DNA of 64,000 nucleotides from Macrostomum lignano (taxonomy: Eukaryota), in contig NIVC01000307.1 in NCBI GenBank assembly GCA_002269645.1, positions 310,001 through 374,000 of the forward strand, written 5' to 3'. The translations under genes and the position numbers were made by a program. Below, piece after piece: positions 1-14,548 of the stretch. Position 1 is the stretch's first letter. The number at the start of each line of letters is the position of its first letter. The notes below the pieces were generated by a model. That model made no database searches. It was given only the letters and a program-made list of their open reading frames with translations, and was not told the DNA's origin.

Positions 1-160
1 CTCAAACTGGCAGTCCTGACACACTCAAACTGGCAGTCCTGACACACTCAAACTGGCAGTCCTGACACACTCAAACTGGCAGTCCTGACACACTCAAACT
101 GGCAGTCCTGACACACTCAAATTGGCAGTCCTGACACATCAAGTCAGGCCTCCTGACACA
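1..160. repeat. 23-bp tandem repeat CTCAAACTGGCAGTCCTGACACA (6 copies plus a degenerate tail), just past the CCDC149-like stop
   Basis: Units start at 1, 24, 47, 70, 93 and 116; truncated by the window edge. Confidence 0.95.
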
Positions 161-169
161 TCAGAAGCG

Positions 170-4976
<4,807 letters not shown>

Positions 4977-5589
4977 GCGGGGGCTTTGGAGGATCCGACC
5001 TTCTTCAGCTTTCAAAGCTCTCCCTCTAGCCTTGAAGTAGGCATAGCCAGCCAGCAATATGGAATTGAATTGAATTGAAAAAGAAAATCGATCTATTAAT
5101 ATTTTAGCAGGGTGCAGCTCGGCTGGGGAAGGGGGGGTCCCCACACACTTTTGTCTCCTTGAATTGACAAACCGACTGTTCAAAAAGAATTTTCCAGATC
5201 GATACAGGCAAGGGGTGAGACAGGGGGGGGGGGAACTGCACTCAGCAATTCTTCGTACGTTCAAGTGGACTGAAGGGCGTTGCTATTTTTAGAAGCAAGT
5301 TCTATGCGATTTGTTATAACGCGACGAATTTTTAAACAATGAAAAACATTTATTTTATTTTGCGTACTAAAAGTAGCCAGTACCGAAAGTTTATTAAATA
5401 AATTTTCGATATTTTACTAACAGTAGTGTAGAATGAAACGCTTACGAGTAGTTAAAAACATAACAACTTAAATTTCAAGCATACTTTTCTACACACTTTC
5501 CTGTTAAACTTTTCATTTGAAGTCTTAAATCTCAAAAAATACAGGCAGATACAGACAAATACATATAGAAACATCCCAGATACAAAACG

Positions 5590-5985
5590 GCTGATACAGC
5601 CAGATATACAGCCAGATATACAGCCAGATATACAGCCAGATATACAGCCAGATATACAGACAGATATACAGCCAGATACAGACAGATATACAGCCAGATA
5701 TACAGACAGATATACAGACAGATACAGACAGATATACAGACAGATACAGACAGATATACAGACAGATACAGACAGATATACAGACAGATACAGTCAGATA
5801 CACAGCCAGATACAGCCAGATACAGCCAGATATACAGCCAGATTTACAGCCAGATACAGCCAGATACAGCCAGATGTACAGCCAGATATACAGCCAGATA
5901 CAGACAGATATACAGAAAGATATACAGACAGATATACAGCCAGATACAGATAGATATACAGACAGATATACAGCCAGATACAGCC
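5590..5985. repeat. 10-12-bp repeat CAGCCAGATATA/CAGACAGATA(TA)
   Basis: Seen directly; lies between two divergently transcribed genes. Confidence 0.92.
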
Positions 5986-6580
5986 AACAAAAGCCAATAC
6001 AAAGGAAACTACAGACTGTTACACTCGGACACACAATTACTAGTTAAGGGAAAATCCTTTCAGAATATGCGCATCTCACAGTATCAGACAATAATCACTA
6101 AATCGAAAGTCAAGAGCTTTACAAGACATTCATAGAGCTATTTATCAGAATAGGCTATTCTTTAAAAACTGAATTCTACAATCGAAATCGTATAGCATTA
6201 CAGAAATACTCCCCGAGATTCCACCAAAGGGATATTGGACTCCAAAATTTTCAGTTTTTTTGATCGGCCGCCTACTCGGGTTCAGTAAAGATTTCTAGCC
6301 TTTCTCTTCTAGAAGAAAAAGACAATACACAGCCAGACAGCAAGAAAAACACGGGAACAGATTGCGACCAGATGCTGCAGTTGAGCCAGGGACGTTTCTT
6401 GAAGCGAAATTGGACACCAACGGCGACTGCGGAGCAGTCTGTTCCGCTAACAATATGGGAAACATTTCCTACTCTACTTGGGAGCAAAAAATCCCTATTT
6501 GGGAACTTAAAAAGGGAAAGAGTTTTGAGCAGTTTAAGGCACGGTAAGACTCGTATTTTCTGCAACTGACTTTGAGCACG

Positions 6581-8799
6581 ATGCAGCTGAGCCTAGCCAT
6601 TCTAACCGTTGTATTGGTTGCTATGGCAACCGGACAGACCGCCAGCGGGATTGACGTCTGCAGCCAGGCCGAGTGCGGCTGCAGGCCCCCCGTTGAGAAG
6701 TCTCAGGGCCGCAGCTTCACCAAGACTATCGGCAGCAAGATGTGCGTCTGTCTGTGCGGCTCGGTGAGCTTTGATTGGGAGATTGGTTGATGTTGGATCC
6801 AGGGAAGATCGGTGAGATAGATTGGGAGATAAGGTGAGATTAGATCCAGGGAAGATGGTTGAGATTGGATTGTGAGATAAGGTGAGATTAGATTGGAAGA
6901 TCAGGTGAGATTAGATTGGGAGATAAGGTGAGATTAGATTGGAAGATCAGGTGAGATTAGATTGGAAGATCAGGTGAGATTAGATTGGAGGATAAGGTGA
7001 GATTAGATTGGGAGATAAGGTGAGATTAGATTGGGAGATAAGGTGAGATTAGATTGGGAGATAAGGTGAGATTAGATTGGAAGATCAGGTGAGATTAGAT
7101 TGGGAGATAATGCAAGATTAGATTGGGAGATAAGGTGGGATTAGATTGGGAGATGAGGTGAGATTAGATTGGGAGGATCGGCTGAGATTAGATTGGGAGG
7201 TCCGGTGAGATTAGATTGGGAGGTCGGGTGAGATTAGATTGGGAGATCGGGTGAGATTAGATTGGAGTATTGAGTGAGATTCAATCCATGGAAGATCAGA
7301 TGAGATTAGATTGCGAGATCGGGTGCGATTAGATTGGGAGGTTGGGTTAGATTAGTTGGGGCGATCGGGTGAGACTGGACCCAGGGGAGATCAGATGAGA
7401 TTAGTTGAGAGGTCGGGTGAGATAAGATTGGAGGATCATGTTCAGATTATATTTAGAGATCAGGTAAGATTAAGTTAAGATTAGATTGGGAGATCCGATG
7501 AGATAGATTGAGATATTGCTATTAATTGAGATTAGATTGGGAGGCAAGAAAAGATTGGGGTTCAAAACAAAAATAGATGGAACCGGAAGACCAATTAGAA
7601 TGAGCAAAGTTGCCATTGCGGACAAACTAAAACTGCGAGTCAACCAACTTCAAGGAAGTAAACGAGGAGTGCAAAACAGACGGACAGTGCGTGTCCGGGT
7701 CCTACTGCAAATTCGAATATTCCACGGCCGATGCGAGTTTTGCTTCGACAGGAAAATGCAAAAGTGAGTTGCTGATTGTAACAGTTGAGCTTGGCCTATT
7801 TTCGGATGTCCAGTTGTTGTTCGGATTGAGCATGTTTTTCCATTTTCCAACGCCATTTTGCGCCCGTCGAGTTACTAAGCGGGTGCCAAGCCTCCAAATT
7901 TCAACTCCGAGCGAGATTTTTCATCATACATTTAACATTTCTGGAGCTCTCAGAAGTATTTTAAGCTCTTTAAATAGCTCTGAGAAGTCTTGATCAGCGA
8001 AACTAGATAAATCTGCAACAGGGTGTCCATAGTCACCTGATGCCACCTGTTGAAGGTCCAGAAGCTCCGCCTGGGTGAAGGCCAGTGACCAACGAAGTCA
8101 GACCTGTTGCAGACACGTGTGTTCGACGTGCTGATGAAATTTGGAGGCTTGGCAAGGCTGCACTGAGGCGCAGTGCCGATTGGCGCACAGGGATGTACTG
8201 AATACACTAGTGCCTATGGGAAAAATCCGACATTTTGGCAGAATCGTCGAATATCTCGACAGTCCAGAGGGCTGGCGACTTGACTCTTGTTTGATAAGGT
8301 GCGCAACAAAAAGTTAACCCGTGTTCTTGAATTTCGTGTGCCCGAGTTGCTCCCTTCTGGAGCAGCAATAAAAATGGTTTGGGGGAATCCTGTCAGGATG
8401 AAATCATGTTTTATGGCGCCAACTAAACTCGACTAAAATTAAGGCAACTGCGAGCGCAAGGAGTGCCCCCAGTTTCACGAGTGCAGCATCTCCTCAGCCG
8501 ATGGCACAGCGACCTGCGCCTGCAGCAGCTATCCCTGCGATAACAGCGTCGTTGTTCCAATCTGCGCCGCTGCCATCGACGACAGGACAATCCTGCGGTT
8601 CAATAACACGTGAGGTGTACCTGCGATCATTTGGATAATTATGTTAATCCATTTAGATTACATATGTACCCAGATTAACTTGTCGTTTTCATGCCTAGGA
8701 TGCTCGATGAGTGGTGATAACAACTGTAGGTGTGACATCCTGTCTAAAAGGTGTGACTACCATCTGTCTAACAGTCCAGCTGAGAAACCCTCTGTCTAA
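6581..8799 (+). CDS. Secreted Cys-rich protein with a follistatin-N/Kazal module; exons 6581-6763, 7655-7763, 8444-8609, tentative 8730-8799
   Basis: Signal peptide MQLSLAILTVVLVAMATG. Exon 3 reads NCERKECPQFHECSISSADGTATCACSSYPCDNSVVVPICAAAIDDRTILRFNNT, which has FOLN+Kazal Cys spacing. Phases 0, 1 and 2 are compatible. The last exon (CDILSKRC) completes C-x6-C but is uncertain. Confidence 0.6.
6775..7540. repeat. ~23-bp minisatellite GGTGAGATTAGATTGGGAGATAA in intron 1 of the follistatin/Kazal gene
   Basis: Seen directly; degenerate at both ends. Confidence 0.92.
7840..8390. mobile_element. Unclassified interspersed element with inverted modules (copy 1, intronic)
   Basis: Shares blocks with 33668-34500 in both orientations (8237-8370 with 34321-34460; 7989-8060 reverse-complement with 34045-34118). 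Perfect 19-bp inverted repeat at 7885-7903/8135-8153. Confidence 0.6.
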
Positions 8800-9135
8800 C
8801 AGGTGTAACACCCTCTGTCTAGCAGGTGTGATACCCTCTGTCTAAAAGGTGTGATATCCTCTGTCTAAAAGGTGTGACACCCTGTCTAACAGGTGTGATA
8901 CCCTCTGTCTAAAAGGTAGGTGTGGTACCCTCTGTCTAACAGGTGCGACACCCTCTGTCTAAAAGGTGTGACGCCCTCTGTCTAACAGGTGCGACACCCT
9001 CTGTCTAACAGGTGTGATTGTCATCTGTGTAACAGGTTTGACGCCCTCTGTCCAACAGATGTGACACCCTCTATCTATCAGGTGTGATTGTCATCTAACA
9101 AGTGTGATACCCTCTGTCTAACAGGTGTTATTGCT
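8727..9135. repeat. ~23-bp minisatellite AGGTGTGACACCCTCTGTCTAAC
   Basis: Seen directly. Confidence 0.92.
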
Positions 9136-9669
9136 ATCTTTTGCTTCGATGTTACAAAAACATACATGCACTTCATGAAATCAACAACCCCACCAACTCC
9201 AGATGCCTGTTTATCAACGCAAACTGCGAACGAAAGTCCAAAGGTCTCAGCGAGTTGAAATCTTTTGTTTGCATGGGCAGTTAAAAGTACATCGTGTACA
9301 TGTGTACTTCGGAGCCACCAGTCAGTCCAGGAGACGAAGACAATAGAATGAATTGCTGCCCACTTGGAAATATCTTTGACACTGCATACTAAATTTATTG
9401 ATGCCAATGACGGGTATTAATTATCTATTGGTGATCGGTAAAAAAACATTATAATATAATAAACAATTTTCATTGGTCAAGCTAAGAATGCGAATATTTG
9501 TGCATGGCTGACGTAACTAGGCGAACTTGAATTTATAATTTATAAAATTTCATGCTTACTTGTCAACATTTGTCAAGTCTTCTATAGCACAGTTGAATTA
9601 CAAAATAGTCTTTTTACTTTTAGGAAGAAGCTCGTGTGCTTAACGTCTATCATCACATATATGACCCAC

Positions 9670-10050
9670 CAATTAGTGGTCTTTGAAGCTTAACTGTGAC
9701 ACTAGTTAGTCTTTGTAGCTTAACGGTGACACTGATTAGTCTTTGTAGCTCAACTGCGACACCGATTAGTCTTTGTAGCTCAACTTTGACACCAATTAGT
9801 CTTTGTAGCTCAACTTTGACACCAATTAGTCTTTGTAGCTCAACTTTGACACCAATTAGTCTTTGTAGCTCAACTTTGACACCGATTAATCTTCGTTATA
9901 GCTTAACTGCGACACAGATTAGTCTTTGTAGCTCAATTGTGGCACCAATTAGTCATTGTACAGCAAGTGGGACACCAATTAGTCTTTGTAGAGTAAGTGT
10001 GACACCGATTAGTCTTTGTAGCTAAACTTTGACACTGATCAATCTTTGTA
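9670..10050. repeat. 30-bp minisatellite ATTAGTCTTTGTAGCTCAACTTTGACACCA (~12 copies)
   Basis: Period 30 (e.g. 9781/9811/9841). Confidence 0.92.
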
Positions 10051-10221
10051 GCGTCATTAGAGCGCAATAATAATAATATGCTTAGTACATAAAGTTCCAA
10101 GAATACAAAAGGTTGAATAAAACTTTTTATAATTACTACTGTGCCGTTTTTATACAAGGCTAATAGCCAAACATTAATCACGCGATTGGCATACTTTAAG
10201 CTCTGAACCACATAAACTATA

Positions 10222-10366
10222 TGTTGTGGGTTGATGGCTTTGCCATAGACATTTTTGTTACGCGACTGCGTTGATGAATTGAACCATGCTATTGAGTTAT
10301 AAAATAAATAATAGACGCGTCAGAGGTCAGCAGACCGCTAGACTGACAATTGCTAAAAGCACAACA
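10222..10366 (+). repeat. 5' LTR (145 bp)
   Basis: Identical to the 3' LTR except for a 14-bp indel near the end; contains TATAAAATAAA. Confidence 0.95.
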
Positions 10367-10367
10367 G

Positions 10368-10385
10368 TGGCGTCGGCAAGCATAG
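10368..10385 (+). other. Primer binding site (TGGCGTCGGC...), tRNA identity not determined
   Basis: TGG, complementary to tRNA CCA, lies 1 nt after the 5' LTR. Confidence 0.75.
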
Positions 10386-10394
10386 GCTACGAAA

Positions 10395-11543
10395 ATGCCT
10401 GGAAGTACGCCAGCATCGCCAACTAAAGGAGTTGGTAAAACGGTTTCGAGCGACAAAGCACCACCGCTTGCGATCTCGTCGAAATCAGTCCAAGCGACAA
10501 AGTCGGCAACAGCGACAGCGCAGAACCCAAGCGCACAAGTATCGAGAGGACAGCAAGTTGACATCGAAAAACTCGATGAAAGTTCGAACTTCCAGAGGTG
10601 GTTGGACCGATTCACACTGTGCAGTGAACTCAACGGCTGGCAGGACGACACGAAAAACAAGCTGTTGCTGATGAAGCTCAGCACCAAGCTGTACGACGCA
10701 TTGGCAGATCGAGCCGCTCCCAAGAAGCCGGGAGAAAAGAGCTTCGATGAACTGACCAAACTACTGGCCAGCATCCTGGAACCAAAGACGTTCGTCATGG
10801 CTGAGAGATTCAATTTCCAGCATATCACTCGCACGGCATCAATGAGCATTCGTGAGTATGCACAGCAACTCTGCATGCAGGCAGACAAGTGTCAGTTTGG
10901 CCTATCCAGAGATGAGAGACTGAGAGATCAGCTCGTATTCGGTTTGAATGACAAGGTGGCCATCAGCAAGTTATTGGAACAGGACTTCAGCACTCTCACG
11001 TTTGAGACAGCTATCAACATCGCTGAGGCGCACCAGAACATATCACAAACGCAAATACTAAAGGGTTGCACCAGTCAGCCGCAGTCTTCTGAAGTAATGA
11101 AAATTTCAGCATCGGTGGCCAGAGGCTCCCACTCTACAAGCTCCAAGTGTGGCAGATGTGGCACAATGCATGGCTCCAATGGAGGGTGTCCTGCGAAAGG
11201 AAAAACGTGCAACAAATGTGGCATGCAAAACCACTTCGCAACAGTTTGCAAAACGAAATCAACTGGTTTTGGCAAAGGTCGAAAATCGTTCAAAAGCCCG
11301 TCAGCATCTGGTCAATTTAGGCGAGCTGCAGTGTGCCCAAGGACCACAAGCTTTGTAGATGCAAGCGAAGCTGAACAGGAGGATTGTTTTCACATTCGAC
11401 ATCCCGTTGATAGCTACACCGTGCCTGTTAGGCTCAGACACACGAGCGGGTCGATGCTTAGCGTGAACGCACAAATCGATACTGGGGCAGGAGTTTCGGT
11501 ATGTCAAAAACGATCTGGAAACGATTGGGTTGTCCAAAGCTGA
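10395..11543 (+). CDS. gag: Gag with Cys/His zinc knuckles, running into the N-terminal half of the aspartic protease
   Basis: WLDRFTLCSELNGW..KNKLLL capsid-like segment; CGRCGTMH..CPAKGKTCNKCGMQNHFATVC; IDTGAGVSV protease motif. Confidence 0.9.
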   Translation: MPGSTPASPTKGVGKTVSSDKAPPLAISSKSVQATKSATATAQNPSAQVSRGQQVDIEKLDESSNFQRWLDRFTLCSELNGWQDDTKNKLLLMKLSTKLYDALADRAAPKKPGEKSFDELTKLLASILEPKTFVMAERFNFQHITRTASMSIREYAQQLCMQADKCQFGLSRDERLRDQLVFGLNDKVAISKLLEQDFSTLTFETAINIAEAHQNISQTQILKGCTSQPQSSEVMKISASVARGSHSTSSKCGRCGTMHGSNGGCPAKGKTCNKCGMQNHFATVCKTKSTGFGKGRKSFKSPSASGQFRRAAVCPRTTSFVDASEAEQEDCFHIRHPVDSYTVPVRLRHTSGSMLSVNAQIDTGAGVSVCQKRSGNDWVVQS

Positions 11544-14353
11544 CACCTACAGACACTGTTCTGACAACATACGCTGATACGCAGATGAAGGTCTTTGGAA
11601 CACACGACACTGAGTTGGAGTACAATGACGAGTTCATTCCAATCACATTCTTCATTGTGGAATCGCAGAGGAACTTTGTTCTGGTTGGCCGAGACAAGCT
11701 CAATTTCACGCTAAACGCTGTAGACAACAGCTGCACATCGGCAACCCAGTCATGCGAATTTCCACCAGTAACTCTTAAGATCAAGGAAGGAACCACTCCA
11801 ATTCATTGCAAACCCAGGCCGCTACCCTTCGCACTCAGACAGGGAGTCAAGGATGAAATCGATCGGTTGCTTGAAGAAGACACCATCAAGCCCGTCAAGT
11901 TCAGTGAATGGGCCTCACCAATTGTCGTGGTCAAGAAACCTTCTGGAAAGCTCAGACTTTGCGTCGACTACAAGGTGACAATCAATTCTCATCTTATCAA
12001 CGATTCATATCCGATGCCTGCACCTGACGAAGTGATTGCAACTGCTGCTGGCAGCCGGATATACACTCGTCTGGACCTAGAGAAAGCTTATCACCAGATC
12101 CCACTAGATGAAGCTTCCAAAGAGCTGACAGTAATGTCAACACCATTTGGGATGTTCGCTTTCAACAAGCTTCCGTTCGGAGTGAAAACAGCACCTGCGA
12201 TCTTCCAGCGGTACATTAGCCAAGTCCTACAAGGAATTCCTGGCGTCATTGCCTACGTAGACGACATTTTGATATGCGGCAAAGGCGTAGAACAATTGGC
12301 AGTTCGTGAGACGGAAGTATTGCATCGACTAAACCAGCAAGGATTGAAGATCAACACGGCGAAAAATGAATTCCGCAAGACTTCGATCAAGTTTCTAGGC
12401 TACTTATTGGAAGGAGATCAGCTCAAGCCGGACCCAGCCAAAGTGAAGGCAATCCAGGACATGACACCACCGCAGAACGTTGGCGAGCTTGAATCCTTCC
12501 TGGGCCTCGTAAATTTTAGCGGCAAGTTCATCAGAAACCTAGCTGCACTGACCAAGCCTCTCAATCGACTAAGAAAGAAAAATGAGGACTTCGTGTGGAC
12601 AAAGGAGTGTCAAATAGCATTTGACGAAATCAAGGTCACTCTCTCTGATCAATCGAGTCTTCAAATATTTGATCCGGAGAAGCCCATTGAACTGGAATGC
12701 GACAGTTCTCAGCGAGCTCTGGGCGGAGTGTTGACACAAAGCGGTCAAGTCGTGCTGTACATGAGCAAGACTCTGTCTGACGCCGAAACAAAATATTCGC
12801 AAATAGAGCGTGAAGGCCTGGCACTGGTTTGGTGCATTCAAAGATGCCATCGGTTCTTGTATGGCCGGAGGTTCACACTGATAACTGATCACCGGCCCCT
12901 CACATACATATTCGCGCCAGACAAACAGCTGCCCACCAGAGTTTCAGCTCGACTACAACGATGGGCTATCATGCTAGCTGCTTATGACTATGTCATACAG
13001 TATCGACCATCAAAGCTAATGCTGTCGGATGCGCTATCTCGACTGGTGCCCGCTAAGCCGAATGCACAGACAGCATCGATCGGACTCCTCGAAGCTGACA
13101 ACCCGGGAGTAATTCAGCTGGATCGCATTGCACACGCAACCAGAGAGGACCCGGAGTTCAGATGCCTGGGCGCAGCCATAATTAACAATAATCTATTTGA
13201 CGACCCACACCTACTCAGCTACTCGAAGGTTCAAGATGAGCTAACTGTCAATGATGGAATTATTTACAGAATGAACAGAATTGTATTGCCTCGTGTCCTG
13301 AGAGAAACTGCCCTGGCAGCTGTACACTCAACGCACCTTGGGGTGGAAAAGTCAAAGTCTATTTTGAGGGAACAGTTCTGGTGGCCACAGATGGACCGTG
13401 ACATCGCTGACTACATTGGACGATGCAACGTGTGCAACGCGTACAAGTCCAGAAATAAGAACTTTCGGCACTCGTGGCCAGAACCTGACAACCCCTGGGA
13501 GCGAGTGCACATTGATTTTGCTGGTCCGATAGAGGGCAAGTACCTACTCATCATTGTTGATGCGCACTCGAGCTACCCGGAAGTCTTCATCACGAGCGAC
13601 ATGAAGGCCGACACAGTCATTTCCAGACTTAGAAGATTGTTCTCACAACAGGGGGTGCCCAAGTGTCTCGTGTCAGACAACGGCCCTAGTTTTGTGAGCG
13701 AAGCGGTGACCGGCTGGCTCACCCAGATTGGCTGTTCGCACATCACAACGCCCGCCTACCATCCACAGAGCAACGGCATTGCAGAGCGAATGGTGCGAAC
13801 CGTCAAAGAGACAATCAAGACCAATGGTTCATCCCAAAGAAGTATTGACAGATTTCTACTGTTCTACAGAGCTGCCAAAGGGAAGCAGCAAGCATCACCG
13901 TCCGAGTTGTTGAACGGCAGACAAATAAGACTCCCCATCTCGGAGAGCAGCACTCAGTCCAAGTGGATCCCAGGAGAATCACTCATCTACCGTGCATCGA
14001 GTTCTCATGAGCCACGAACTGTGAGATTCGCCAAAATGCTTGGCAGCAACACAGCAGTCGTTACCACAGAGACTGGACGAAATCTAAAGACCCACCTCGA
14101 TCAACTACGAATCGGTGAGGTACCTGAGGCTCACGGAACTACGGAAATGGGGGATTCCAAGCCCGGTGGCAACGGTCCAAGTGACGACGGCCAACAGACG
14201 CGTCCGTCATCGACAGACACTGAGATACTACCGGGAACAGAACAAGCTGAGAGAGCACAACAGCAACAGACTGAGGCCGGAGTTCAATCCAAGCCGTCAC
14301 CCAGGCGAAGCGAACGCTTGGCCAAGAAAACTAGAATTTTTTATCGCACCTGA
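11501..14353 (+). CDS. pol: Pol (protease C-terminal half, RT, RNase H, integrase)
   Basis: LRLCVDY, LDLEKAYHQI, YVDD; DSSQRALG, TDHRPL; HSTH..CNVC; IDFAGP, SDNG, AERMVRTVK. No chromodomain or env is visible. Confidence 0.95.
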   Translation: MSKTIWKRLGCPKLTPTDTVLTTYADTQMKVFGTHDTELEYNDEFIPITFFIVESQRNFVLVGRDKLNFTLNAVDNSCTSATQSCEFPPVTLKIKEGTTPIHCKPRPLPFALRQGVKDEIDRLLEEDTIKPVKFSEWASPIVVVKKPSGKLRLCVDYKVTINSHLINDSYPMPAPDEVIATAAGSRIYTRLDLEKAYHQIPLDEASKELTVMSTPFGMFAFNKLPFGVKTAPAIFQRYISQVLQGIPGVIAYVDDILICGKGVEQLAVRETEVLHRLNQQGLKINTAKNEFRKTSIKFLGYLLEGDQLKPDPAKVKAIQDMTPPQNVGELESFLGLVNFSGKFIRNLAALTKPLNRLRKKNEDFVWTKECQIAFDEIKVTLSDQSSLQIFDPEKPIELECDSSQRALGGVLTQSGQVVLYMSKTLSDAETKYSQIEREGLALVWCIQRCHRFLYGRRFTLITDHRPLTYIFAPDKQLPTRVSARLQRWAIMLAAYDYVIQYRPSKLMLSDALSRLVPAKPNAQTASIGLLEADNPGVIQLDRIAHATREDPEFRCLGAAIINNNLFDDPHLLSYSKVQDELTVNDGIIYRMNRIVLPRVLRETALAAVHSTHLGVEKSKSILREQFWWPQMDRDIADYIGRCNVCNAYKSRNKNFRHSWPEPDNPWERVHIDFAGPIEGKYLLIIVDAHSSYPEVFITSDMKADTVISRLRRLFSQQGVPKCLVSDNGPSFVSEAVTGWLTQIGCSHITTPAYHPQSNGIAERMVRTVKETIKTNGSSQRSIDRFLLFYRAAKGKQQASPSELLNGRQIRLPISESSTQSKWIPGESLIYRASSSHEPRTVRFAKMLGSNTAVVTTETGRNLKTHLDQLRIGEVPEAHGTTEMGDSKPGGNGPSDDGQQTRPSSTDTEILPGTEQAERAQQQQTEAGVQSKPSPRRSERLAKKTRIFYRT

Positions 14354-14376
14354 GTGATAATTGTACACCTACCTAT

Positions 14377-14389
14377 AGAAGAGGGAGGG
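14377..14389 (+). other. Polypurine tract AGAAGAGGGAGGG
   Basis: Directly abuts the 3' LTR. Confidence 0.9.
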
Positions 14390-14548
14390 TGTTGTGGGTT
14401 GATGGCTTTGCCATAGACATTTTTGTTACGCGACTGCGTTGATGAATTGAACCATGCTATTGAGTTATAAAATAAATAATAGACGCGTCAGAGGTCAGCA
14501 GACCGCTAGACTGACAATTGCTAAAGGCTAAAAGCCAAAAGCACAACA
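14390..14548 (+). repeat. 3' LTR (159 bp)
   Basis: Same as the 5' LTR plus a GGCTAAAAGCCAAA insertion. Confidence 0.95.

Larger units (their letters stand above)
10222..14548 (+). mobile_element. Full-length Ty3/gypsy LTR retrotransposon (Mag-like), 4327 bp, 5-bp TSD CTATA
   Basis: LTRs 10222-10366 and 14390-14548 (TGTTGTG...CACAACA). TSD at 10217-10221 and 14549-14553. PBS, PPT, gag, and domain order PR-RT-RNaseH-IN. Confidence 0.97.

Noticed and set aside
6311-6576. Upstream open frame with a GTAAG donor at 6544 that would turn the signal peptide into a TM anchor
   Set aside because: It requires a 33-nt intron, whereas the shortest well-supported introns here are ~75 nt; no recognisable domain. 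Left unresolved.
10432-13913. Overlapping and antisense ORFs within the retrotransposon and within CCDC149/FBXW7 exons
   Set aside because: These are shadow frames of GC-richer coding sequence with no independent motifs.
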